NCBI GenBank assembly: GCA_047651235.1
Contig: CP178758.1
Location: 1,710,001-1,742,000 of the forward strand
DNA from: Candidatus Electrothrix yaqonensis
Lineage (GTDB): Bacteria; Desulfobacterota; Desulfobulbia; Desulfobulbales; Desulfobulbaceae
Direction of reading: 5' to 3'
Length of the DNA stretch: 32,000 nucleotides
The notes beneath the pieces were generated by a model that saw only the letters and a program-made list of their open reading frames with translations, searched no databases and was not told where the DNA came from. Position numbers and translations under genes: made by a program. Positions 9,300 to 16,789 of this stretch are shown here, piece by piece. The number at the start of each line of letters is the position of its first letter. The stretch's first letter is position 1.

Positions 9300-9992
9300 C
9301 TATCCTCTTGACAGCATATCACGTTCAACCAGATTAAGAAAATCAAAAGAGTAGTTCTCAACTTCCGACTCAAACACAGCGACTTTATTGGAGTAATAAT
9401 TAAAAAATACAACAGCTGGGATTGCCACGGCCAGACCGGCTGCTGTCGCGACCAAGGCTTCGGCAATCCCCGGAGCAACAACAGCAAGAGAAGCTGAGCC
9501 GTGCGCCCCGATCTCCTGAAAGGAGGTCAGTATCCCCCAGACCGTACCGAACAGGCCGATAAACGGGGTGGCGCTTCCTGTTGTCGCCAGAAAAGCCAGA
9601 GACCGTTCAAACCGGTCCCGCTCCACCAGCTGGGCCTTGCGGACAGCCCGGTTCAGATTCTCCATAGAGGCAAGTCTGCTTTCCAGCGTATCTGATTTTG
9701 CCCGCTCCGCCCGCGCCGTGCTGAGCTTGCGCAGTTCGTTGAATCCGGAGACAAAGACAGATGCCTCCGGGCTGAGGGTGTATGTCTTGGCCACCTCATA
9801 TGCGTTGTTCAGGGTCTTGGATTCCCAGAACTCGGCCAGAAAATCTTCAGAAGCGCTGCGGGCCCGGATGAAAAGAATATATTTGGCAATAATAATCCAC
9901 CAGGAGACCACGGAAAAAATGCACAGAATGAGCATCACCAGCTTTACGATCAGGCCGGCATGAGCCATCATACTGAACACGGAAAGGTTCAC
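9300..9992 (-). CDS. tolQ: TolQ (MotA/TolQ/ExbB proton channel)
   Basis: 230 aa with three TM segments. ...LATTGSATPFIGLFGTVWGILTSFQEIG...ASLAVVAPGIAEALVATAAGLAVAIPAVVFFNY is the conserved TolQ/ExbB core. Confidence 0.9.
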   Translation of the reverse strand: MNLSVFSMMAHAGLIVKLVMLILCIFSVVSWWIIIAKYILFIRARSASEDFLAEFWESKTLNNAYEVAKTYTLSPEASVFVSGFNELRKLSTARAERAKSDTLESRLASMENLNRAVRKAQLVERDRFERSLAFLATTGSATPFIGLFGTVWGILTSFQEIGAHGSASLAVVAPGIAEALVATAAGLAVAIPAVVFFNYYSNKVAVFESEVENYSFDFLNLVERDMLSRG

Positions 9993-10301
9993 AGATTCAC
10001 CCCTGTTGCAATAACCTTGCTGGAAAGATGTTTTGAGGAAAAAATCGGCTGCACTGCACGGTCAGCACCTGCATTTTTAAAGTTAACCTTATGAAACTGA
10101 TACATTTTACACACTTTCTTTCCGTAAAAATGCTCGCGGGAAAGTATAACGGGTTCCGATAATTATGTCGACCCTGAACTGAATATAGTGTACATAACGC
10201 TGAAAAAATCAAGTGAATTATTTCTGTTTTTTCTTTCACCGGTCTGATCCCTGCCGGTACAGAATAGAGCAAACTGTCCAGAATGACAAGAGGAGGACTT
10301 C

Positions 10302-11213
10302 ATGTCAGATTCGATCTATGATGTGGTAATTATCGGTGCTGGTCCGGCCGGTATCCAGGCTGCCATCCATGCAACCAGAAAAAAAACTGCTGTCCTGCTG
10401 CTGGGCCGGATTGAAAACAGCGCGATCTATCCGGCGCATGTGGAGAACTATGCCTGCGTCAGCGGAGTAACCGACGGCAAAGCCCTGCTGGAGGCCGGGA
10501 TGGAACAGCTTGAGCGTTTCGGCACAGAGACGCGGCCAGATGATGTACTGAAAATCGCCCAGGGAGAAGAGGAGTTATTCACGCTGGAGCTGGAAGGCGG
10601 CACCTCCGTGACCAGCCGTACCCTGATTTTCGCTATGGGCGTGTCCAAAAATAAAATCGGGGTTCCCGGCGAAAAAGAACTGGCAGGCTGCGGAGTCAGT
10701 TACTGCGTTGATTGTGACGCCAACTTTTATCGCGGCGATACCGTGATGGTGGTCGGCAACCAGAGCGCAGCCATTGACGGTGCTCTGACCCTGCTTGATT
10801 ATGCGGCCAAGGTGTATCTGGTGGCAGAAGAACTGCAGGGCACCGACGTGATGCTGAACAGGCTACGCAACAGTGCGGTTGAGCTGCGTACCGGTGACTG
10901 GGTAAAAGAAATTACAGGAAACGGCAAGGTTGAGGCGGCCCTGCTGAAAAGCGGCGACCGGATCAATGTGGACGGCGTTTTTATCGAGCTGGGCTCCAAA
11001 GGCGCCCTGGAGCTGGCAACCCAAGTCGGTGTCCGGCTGGACATGGAACAGTTCAAGTATATCGACGTCAACCGGAAGCAGGAAACCAATATTCCCGGTA
11101 TTTATGCGGCAGGCGACATTGTCGGCCCTCCGTACCAGATGGCCAAGGCCGTGGGCGAAGGATGTGTTGCCGGCATGGAAGCGGCGATGTTCGCCAGAAA
11201 AAAAAGGAAGTAA
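10302..11213 (+). CDS. Thioredoxin-reductase-like FAD flavoprotein (CxxC present, NADPH motifs degenerate)
   Basis: AGGAGG RBS. YDVVIIGAGPAGIQAAIHA is the FAD GxGxxG motif. GVSYCVDCDANFY corresponds to TrxB CATCDG. The C-terminal GIYAAGDIVG is FAD-binding. VMVVGNQSAAIDGA replaces GGGxxA, and VYLVAEELQG replaces the HRRDxFR motif. Confidence 0.85.
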   Translation: MSDSIYDVVIIGAGPAGIQAAIHATRKKTAVLLLGRIENSAIYPAHVENYACVSGVTDGKALLEAGMEQLERFGTETRPDDVLKIAQGEEELFTLELEGGTSVTSRTLIFAMGVSKNKIGVPGEKELAGCGVSYCVDCDANFYRGDTVMVVGNQSAAIDGALTLLDYAAKVYLVAEELQGTDVMLNRLRNSAVELRTGDWVKEITGNGKVEAALLKSGDRINVDGVFIELGSKGALELATQVGVRLDMEQFKYIDVNRKQETNIPGIYAAGDIVGPPYQMAKAVGEGCVAGMEAAMFARKKRK

Positions 11214-11318
11214 ACGGCGCACATCAGCACATTAAGCGGCGCATATCCGTCCGGGCAGGCTGCCCGCCTGCCCTTCAGCATTGCAGCATTGCAGCATAAA
11301 CTGTTCCGCATCACTGCA

Positions 11319-11522
11319 TCATTCGGATTGATTGGGCTGATCGGACGGCGCAAGCTCTTCAGTAAAAATCTGTCCGTCAGCACGGCATTGTCTGGGATGG
11401 GACTCCATAACCGGATAGCCTGCAGCCTCGCATTCCTCGAAACTGGTTATCCCGTACGGTCGTATTTCGACACAGCCTGAGATAAATAAACCTGCGGCAA
11501 AGAGCAGAAGGATTGTTTTCAT
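11319..11522 (-). CDS. Small lipoprotein (67 aa), hypothetical
   Basis: Internal ATG 11522-11520 of ORF 11319..11684 has a GGAGGA RBS. It gives MKTILLLFAAGLFISGC, a signal peptide plus lipobox. The upstream part of the long ORF has no coding character. Confidence 0.55.
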   Translation of the reverse strand: MKTILLLFAAGLFISGCVEIRPYGITSFEECEAAGYPVMESHPRQCRADGQIFTEELAPSDQPNQSE

Positions 11523-11637
11523 CGTAAATTTTTCCTCCAGTTGAGATTGTAGTTTCTTCGAGTAAACCTGAACCGTCGGGTGCCCAGCCGAGCTGCGGAA
11601 TCCCGGCTTCCTGCAGACAGGCCGTTGCCCCGACCGG

Positions 11638-12066
11638 TTACTCTTCTTCTGTCTGCAAGATATGCGCAAATTCCGGCAGGACATACGGGCGTCCTTTGGG
11701 ATTCAGGGCGATCCAGATGACCTTTGCCCGGAGGATCGGCTTGTTGTCGGGGATACGAAAAATATCCTGCAGAAAGGCGAACTTGATTTTTGATTCCCTG
11801 ACCAGGTTCAGCTGCACGACAAAGCGGTCTCCGCTGGTCAGCGGATGTTTGTAGTCCAGTTCCATTCTGGCCACAACCAAGTTGATGCCCTTGTCCGCAC
11901 AGGACTTGAAATCAATACCGATGGTCCTCAGGTATTCATGCCGGGCATGTTCAAGATAATTCTGGTACACGGCATTATTCACAATGCCCTGCAGGTCACA
12001 TTCATAGTCCCTTACCGACATTTCCAGGGTAAAATCGAACTGGTCCACAATCACCTCCTGTTTCAC
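11638..12066 (-). CDS. Acyl-CoA thioesterase, YbgC/FadM (4HBT hot-dog) family
   Basis: 142 aa. FTLEMSVRDYECDLQGIVNNAVYQNYLEHARHEYLRTIGIDF...GINLVVARMELDYKHPLTSGDRFVV matches the 4HBT/YbgC pattern, including the catalytic Asp in the YECD context. Confidence 0.85.
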   Translation of the reverse strand: MKQEVIVDQFDFTLEMSVRDYECDLQGIVNNAVYQNYLEHARHEYLRTIGIDFKSCADKGINLVVARMELDYKHPLTSGDRFVVQLNLVRESKIKFAFLQDIFRIPDNKPILRAKVIWIALNPKGRPYVLPEFAHILQTEEE

Positions 12067-12332
12067 CGGGAAACGCTGTATCTTTTGCTGGCAGGTGACA
12101 AGTTATAACGGATTTTGTTGTGTTGCACAAGAGGCGTAGCATCTGTCGGGACGCGACAACTACGATTATCTTGACTCCATTGAATTCTGTACGGGCTGCT
12201 TGCTGAAAAATCCGGCCCGACCGCCGTATAACCGGTAAGAAGGAGGAGAACCGGTACGAAGAGATGATGGCGGCAGGGCCGGAAACTGTAGCGAAAAAAC
12301 GTCTTGTACTCTTTTGTACAGCAGAAGAAAGA

Positions 12333-12839
12333 TTACTGTCTGCCAGCGAACAGCTTTTCCAGAAGACGGACCTGGGCGCGGAAGTCGTCGCCGACCAATT
12401 CACTGATGCTCTGCTGATCAGAGCTGACAGCAACTCCAGCACCGGTCAGTCGTTCACGCAGCTGTTCCGGGCTGATTCTGGCGACCTGAGCCAGGGTTGT
12501 CAGCGGTGCCTGGGCCAATGCCTTTATCGGCGGCACAAAAGGCCGTTTATGTTCTTCATGATGATGCCCGCCGCCGACCGGGGCAAAACTGAGTGCCAGG
12601 AGCAGGACAAAGACGCCTAACAGCACCTGTCCCCTGCGCTGGGTAAGGTATTTTTTAAATGCTGTAAAATTGAGGGCAAGATGCAGCACTGCACCGGCCA
12701 GAAAGATCCAGCTCAGCCATTCGTGAACCGGCTTGTTCAGGCCGGTGGCTGCATGAAAAAAGAGGAGAATGCCGGTCACTGCGGTAAGCAGGAACGCTCC
12801 TGTGGTTATCGGGGTGATCCATTCGCGTGTCATCTTCAT
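12333..12839 (-). CDS. DUF4405-like integral membrane protein with His-rich loop
   Basis: 168 aa with 3-4 TM helices (ITTGAFLLTAVTGILLFFH, WLSWIFLAGAVLHLALNF, VLLGVFVLLLALSF), a GGGHHHEEHK loop and a soluble C-terminal tail. The family call is from memory of DUF4405 topology. Confidence 0.6.
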   Translation of the reverse strand: MKMTREWITPITTGAFLLTAVTGILLFFHAATGLNKPVHEWLSWIFLAGAVLHLALNFTAFKKYLTQRRGQVLLGVFVLLLALSFAPVGGGHHHEEHKRPFVPPIKALAQAPLTTLAQVARISPEQLRERLTGAGVAVSSDQQSISELVGDDFRAQVRLLEKLFAGRQ

Positions 12840-12895
12840 CGGTAAAGCAGCCTTCGTAATGTAGATTAATTAAGAGCATAGAAATCATCTGTTCT

Positions 12896-12930
12896 CACAA
12901 AAGAACGGTGCCCTGATATACAGAGCACCG
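12896..12930 (-). terminator. Probable rho-independent terminator after the CpxP/Spy-like gene
   Basis: On the minus strand CGGTGC (12930-12925) pairs with GCACCG (12911-12906) across a 13-nt loop. TTCTTTTGTG follows. It lies 26 nt after the stop at 12956. Confidence 0.5.
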
Positions 12931-12955
12931 GACGTTGCCGGAAACGGGGCAAGGC

Positions 12956-13588
12956 CTACATATTTCCCCGACCGTTTTTCATGCCTTTTCCCTGGCCGTT
13001 ACCTCTGCCGTTTCCGCCCTGACCGTTCATCGGACAGTTCTGCTTCATACCGTTTCCCCGGCCCATACCTTGCCCCATGCCCTGACCTGCACTGCGCCGG
13101 TTCTGCCGCAGGGTGCTCAGCTTGTCGATCTGTTCCGGGGTCAGCAGATTCCGCAGGGCCAGCCGGGTCTCGGTCCGCTGGACAACCATCCTGCCTTTAA
13201 CGGCTGCCATTTTTTCAGAGAGCTGACGGACTGCATCTTCATCCACCGTGTCAGCGGAAAAGGCATGGTCCAACTTCAGCCGCAGACTGTCCATTTCCGC
13301 CCACAGGGCCTGCTGTTTTTCCCGGGCCGTGAAATCAGCCTCTTTGAGCTTGCTCACCTGCTCCTCGCTCAGACCGAGATTCTGGATCATCTGCGTATTC
13401 CGCCAGATCCCCATGCCTGCCCCTCTGCCTTGGTTCCAGTTCTGGCCGCCCTTCATGGCGCAGCCGCCCTTCCCTTGTCCTTGGCCGCCGCGTCCGCGAC
13501 AGGCATTCGCGGTCATGGGAACAAAAGATACTGCGATCAGACCGGCCAGTACTGCTGTAGCGATTTTCTTGTTGATACGTGCCTTCAT
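12956..13588 (-). CDS. Periplasmic CpxP/Spy/ZraP-family (LTxxQ) protein with Gly/Met/Asn/Gln-rich tails
   Basis: Start ATG 13588-13586 (AGGAGA RBS) gives signal MKARINKKIATAVLAGLIAVSFVPMTANA. LTxxQ-type motifs are LSEEQVSKLKE and LTPEQIDKLSTL, separated by helical segments. The tails are RGRGGQGQGKGG... and ...GQGMGQGMGRGNGMKQNCPMNGQGGNGRGNGQGKGMKNGRGNM. Confidence 0.75.
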   Translation of the reverse strand: MKARINKKIATAVLAGLIAVSFVPMTANACRGRGGQGQGKGGCAMKGGQNWNQGRGAGMGIWRNTQMIQNLGLSEEQVSKLKEADFTAREKQQALWAEMDSLRLKLDHAFSADTVDEDAVRQLSEKMAAVKGRMVVQRTETRLALRNLLTPEQIDKLSTLRQNRRSAGQGMGQGMGRGNGMKQNCPMNGQGGNGRGNGQGKGMKNGRGNM

Positions 13589-13694
13589 GTTGTTCTCCTT
13601 TGGTTTATTCTTGTTCACTTTATCCTTTTATCGTACATCGGTAAAGCGTACAGAAATAATACATGCAGCCTGTGCGCCTTACCGCCACTTCCTG

Positions 13695-13982
13695 TCAGAA
13701 TCCCGGACAGAATTCAGCCTGGGTCAGTTTGCCGTTTCCATCGGCATCTTTTGCTTTAAACATAGCCTCGGCCTGATCCTCACCTCTCGGATGCGAAACC
13801 GCCATAAACTCTGCAAACGAGACTACATTGTCACCGTTGGTATCCAGAGCCGCAAAACGCTCTATACATCCCATGCCTCTGCCCATTCCCCGACCAGGTC
13901 CATTGCCGCGTTGAGCAAAACTGTACCCTGCACAAACTGCGATGCTCAGAACAACCGCTGCTGTCACTTTCCAGCCTTTCAT
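13695..13982 (-). CDS. Secreted EF-hand calcium-binding protein (two EF loops)
   Basis: 95 aa with a signal peptide MKGWKVTAAVVLSIAVCAGYSFA. The EF loops are DTNGDNVVSFAEF and DADGNGKLTQAEF. It is apparently co-transcribed with the CpxP-like gene. Confidence 0.8.
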   Translation of the reverse strand: MKGWKVTAAVVLSIAVCAGYSFAQRGNGPGRGMGRGMGCIERFAALDTNGDNVVSFAEFMAVSHPRGEDQAEAMFKAKDADGNGKLTQAEFCPGF

Positions 13983-14094
13983 TTTCCCGTCCTCCTTTAA
14001 TGTTGATGAAGGGGTGGTACAACAGCAGTGCTGCTGTACCGAATGCGAAACAGGATGTTTCCTCCTGCTTTCGACTGTACTATAAACAATGAAT

Positions 14095-14142
14095 GTAAAG
14101 AAAATTTGTCGATCTCAGGGTAAATTGTAAAGGTTTTGTAAA
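14095..14142. promoter_or_regulatory. Cluster of four GTAAA pentamers (CpxR-box-like direct repeats) in the divergent promoter region
   Basis: GTAAA occurs at 14095, 14120, 14127 and 14138, all in the same orientation. The last pair is 11 bp start-to-start. The cluster lies between the EF-hand/CpxP-like operon (minus) and the RR/HK operon (plus). Confidence 0.4.
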
Positions 14143-14195
14143 ACCGGTTGCCGGAGCAGGTTCCGGCAGCATACAAAGAATACAGGAAGGTGACG

Positions 14196-14918
14196 ATGAA
14201 GATTATCATGGTGGATGACGATCATAAACTGTGCCGTCTGGTGGCAGATTACCTCGGGCCGATGGGGTATGAAGTGGATGCCGTCTATAATGGTGCCGAC
14301 GGGTTGGAAAAAATCCGGCAGGGCGAGTATCAGGCCGCTATTCTGGATGTGATGATGCCGCAGATGGACGGCCTGGACCTGCTCAAGCAGGTGCGCCGGG
14401 AATCTGATATCCCGGTGCTGATGCTCACCGCCCGGGGCGATGAGACCGATCGGATCGTGGGGCTGGAAATGGGGGCGGATGATTATCTGCCCAAGACCTT
14501 TTCTTCCCGTGAACTGCTGGCCCGGCTGCGGGCAGTGACCCGCCGGTATCAGGCAGCGGAAAACCGCAGCAGCAGCGAAGATGCCGAAGCAGAGGTTCTC
14601 CGTTTTGCTGAGCTGGAGATTGAGCAGGACTCAAGAACCGTGCGCCTGAATACAGAGATCCTCACCCTTACCCCGCTGGAATACGATCTTCTGATCACCT
14701 TGGCCAAAGCTGCCGGACGGGTGCTGACCCGGGATCAGCTACTTGAGGCAATTGCCGGACGGGACTATGAGGTCTTTGACCGGTCCGTGGATGTGCATAT
14801 CTCTTCGCTGCGCCGCAAACTAGGGGACAATCCCCGCCAGCCCCGCTTTATTCAGACGGTCCGCACGGCCGGATATATGTTCCGGGTGCCGGAAAAGCAG
14901 CAGCCCCGGCAGACATGA
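14196..14918 (+). CDS. OmpR/PhoB-family response regulator (CpxR-like by context)
   Basis: Start ATG 14196 (AGGAAGG RBS). The receiver is MKIIMVDDDHKLCRLV...AAILDVMMPQMDGLDLL...MLTARGD. The winged helix is LTPLEYDLLITLAKAAGRVLTRDQLL...VDVHISSLRRKLGDN...IQTVRTAGYMF. Confidence 0.9.
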   Translation: MKIIMVDDDHKLCRLVADYLGPMGYEVDAVYNGADGLEKIRQGEYQAAILDVMMPQMDGLDLLKQVRRESDIPVLMLTARGDETDRIVGLEMGADDYLPKTFSSRELLARLRAVTRRYQAAENRSSSEDAEAEVLRFAELEIEQDSRTVRLNTEILTLTPLEYDLLITLAKAAGRVLTRDQLLEAIAGRDYEVFDRSVDVHISSLRRKLGDNPRQPRFIQTVRTAGYMFRVPEKQQPRQT

Positions 14919-16432
14919 AATCCCTGTTCACTAAAATCCTGTTCTGGTTCTTTCTCAATCTGCTCTTGCTGGCTGCCGTGCTGGCGGTCTTTTTCGCGCT
15001 CCAGCCCCAGGTGAATCTGCACGAGCTTTTCGGGCAGCAGGGCTCAGACCGGCTGCGGGTAGCGGGTATGCTGATTGCCCATGACCTGGAACAGATGCCG
15101 GAGGAACTCTGGCCGGATATCCTTGCCCGTCATGCCGGAATCCACGGGGTGGAGTTTCTCCTTATTCTGCAGAACGGTTCTGTTTTTTCTTTAACAAAAG
15201 AAAAGGTGCCCGGTCCGGTCATGCACCGGGCCAAAGAACTCCTGCAGCGCAGAGGCCGCCTGAAACCGGAGCATGGGTTTATGCGCGGGAAACAGGGCAG
15301 ACCGCAGCAGAACCTGCAGGAACCGCCGCCCTGTGAACCTGAATGCCCCCTGCCCGATTCGCTCACGGACAGAAGACAGCGGTCGCATCATGAGAGGTTC
15401 GGTCGGAAGCCGCACCTGATTATGCGGACAGCGAACCCGACCCGCTACTGGTTCGGGATGCGGATTCCGGTTATCCGGTCGCCGATTGAGCGGGAGCCGG
15501 GTATGCTTCTGGCTGTTTCCGATTCCATGACCGGCAACGGGTTCTTCTTTGATCCCCTGCCCTGGATGGTGGTTGCCGGGGCCGTGGTCCTGATCTCCGT
15601 GCTGCTTTGGATTCCCCTGATCCGCAGTATTACCAGGCCGCTTGTCCGCCTGACCAGGGCGGCCGAAGAAATCGCCAGAGGAAATTTCGAGGTTGCCATC
15701 CATGAACCAAGGGCTGATGAAATCGGCCAGCTGGCCCGGACCATCAGCCATATGACAGCGCGACTGTCCGCCTTTGTCAGCGGTCAAAAACGCTTTCTCG
15801 GCGACGTTTCGCATGAGCTCGGTTCTCCTGTTGCCCGGATTCAGTTCGGTCTCGGTATTCTGGAACAGCGCCTTACGGGTGAAGACCAGGATCGGGTCAT
15901 GGATGTGCTGGAAGATGTGGAGCATATGTCCAGCCTGATCGGCGAACTGCTGGCTTTTTCGCGGGCCGAGATGAATGCGGAGGCGGTGCAGCTGCACCGG
16001 ATTGACCTGCTGCCTGTCGTGCAGACAGCGGTAAAACGGGAGGGGAGCGAGTCGGCCGAAATCAAGGTTCAGGTGGAACCGGACATTCGTGTCCTTGCCT
16101 CGGCAGAGCTGCTCACTAGGGCAATGGCCAATCTGCTCCGTAATGCGGTCAAATACGCCGGGAAGGCCGGGCCGATCAGTGTCGCTGCCGAGGAGCGGAA
16201 CGGGCAGGTCGAAATATCAGTCAAAGATTGCGGCCCCGGGGTTGCGGAAGAATACCTAGACCGGCTCTTTGATCCCTTTTTCCGACCGGAACCTTCCCGC
16301 GACCGCAGCTCCGGCGGGGTCGGGTTGGGGCTGGCCATTGTCAAAACCTGCGTGGAGACCTGCCGGGGCACCGTGTCGGCCAGGAACCGGCAGGAAGGCG
16401 GATTTGCGGTGAGTTTTTTTTTAGAATGCTGA
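14915..16432 (+). CDS. Sensor histidine kinase (2 TM + periplasmic domain, HAMP, HisKA, HATPase_c; CpxA-like by context)
   Basis: ATGA overlap with the RR gene. The TMs are ILFWFFLNLLLLAAVLAVFFAL and WMVVAGAVVLISVLLWIPLI. The H-box is FLGDVSHELGSPVARI. The N/G boxes are LLRNAVKYA, DCGPGV and GGVGLGLAIVK. Confidence 0.9.
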   Translation: MKSLFTKILFWFFLNLLLLAAVLAVFFALQPQVNLHELFGQQGSDRLRVAGMLIAHDLEQMPEELWPDILARHAGIHGVEFLLILQNGSVFSLTKEKVPGPVMHRAKELLQRRGRLKPEHGFMRGKQGRPQQNLQEPPPCEPECPLPDSLTDRRQRSHHERFGRKPHLIMRTANPTRYWFGMRIPVIRSPIEREPGMLLAVSDSMTGNGFFFDPLPWMVVAGAVVLISVLLWIPLIRSITRPLVRLTRAAEEIARGNFEVAIHEPRADEIGQLARTISHMTARLSAFVSGQKRFLGDVSHELGSPVARIQFGLGILEQRLTGEDQDRVMDVLEDVEHMSSLIGELLAFSRAEMNAEAVQLHRIDLLPVVQTAVKREGSESAEIKVQVEPDIRVLASAELLTRAMANLLRNAVKYAGKAGPISVAAEERNGQVEISVKDCGPGVAEEYLDRLFDPFFRPEPSRDRSSGGVGLGLAIVKTCVETCRGTVSARNRQEGGFAVSFFLEC

Positions 16433-16456
16433 TTTTTTTCGGTTGTTTTGCCCTGT

Positions 16457-16789
16457 TCAACGATCTTTTTCTGCACGCCACGGATTCAGCAGGTTCCACC
16501 CCTGTCGGGGCAAAATCAGCTGCATTGCGCTACTGCTGCGTCGATATCAAGAGTACGTGCAGAACGCCGGTATGACGTGATCGTTGAGCCAGGAACGAAG
16601 CACGGCTCCCTGCCCGGTGTCCCGTCGTTCAACCAGCAGTACTCCCAGTTCCAGCTCCAGCAGGGTAATAACCGACAGGTACAAACTGGAGACGGAAATG
16701 TGGCCTGCCCATTCCTGGACATGTAGGTCAATTTTGCCGGTTCCGGCTTTGCGCAATTCTGAAACGACATTGGTATCAAGCAGGTACAT
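16457..16789 (-). pseudogene. vapC: Decayed VapC-type PIN toxin gene (two frameshifts plus an internal deletion)
   Basis: Frame 1 gives MYLLDTNVVSELRK...LYLSVITLLELELGVLLVERRDTGQGAVLRSWLNDHVIPAF, then stops. A second frame continues ARTLDIDAAVAQC. A third gives AADFAPTGVE. A further 1-nt shift gives LLNPWRAEKDR* (stop 16459-16457). The ~40 codons that normally carry the D..IAATA...LVTRN block are missing. Confidence 0.75.

Noticed and set aside
9997-10272. 91-aa minus-strand ORF in the tolQ / TrxR-like intergenic region
   Set aside because: The region is AT-rich and promoter-like. The ORF has no RBS and no recognisable motif. It would end 4 nt from the tolQ start with odd composition, so it is judged non-coding.
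11276-11297. Short tandem CAGCATTG x2.75, with a GGGCAGG...CCTGCCC hairpin (11253-11273) between convergent genes
   Set aside because: The hairpin may act as a bidirectional terminator, but there is no U-tract on either side and the repeat is very short. The evidence is too weak to call a feature.
12002-12620. ORFs 12002-12442 (minus, 146 aa) and 12264-12620 (plus, 118 aa)
   Set aside because: The first overlaps both the thioesterase 5' end and the DUF4405 gene out of frame. The second is antisense to the DUF4405 gene. Neither has motifs or an RBS. The 266-bp gap at 12067-12332 is treated as intergenic.
12935-14000. Plus-strand ORFs of 274 aa and 250 aa
   Set aside because: They are antisense to the CpxP-like and EF-hand genes, whose signal peptides, LTxxQ motifs and EF loops give far better support. 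The Gly-codon repeats suppress stops on the opposite strand.
15191-15997. 268-aa minus-strand ORF (and 15445-15744, 15841-16065, 16069-16476) inside or after the histidine kinase gene
   Set aside because: They are antisense to a kinase ORF with intact HAMP, H, N and G boxes. They are Arg/Pro/Gly-rich with no start signals.
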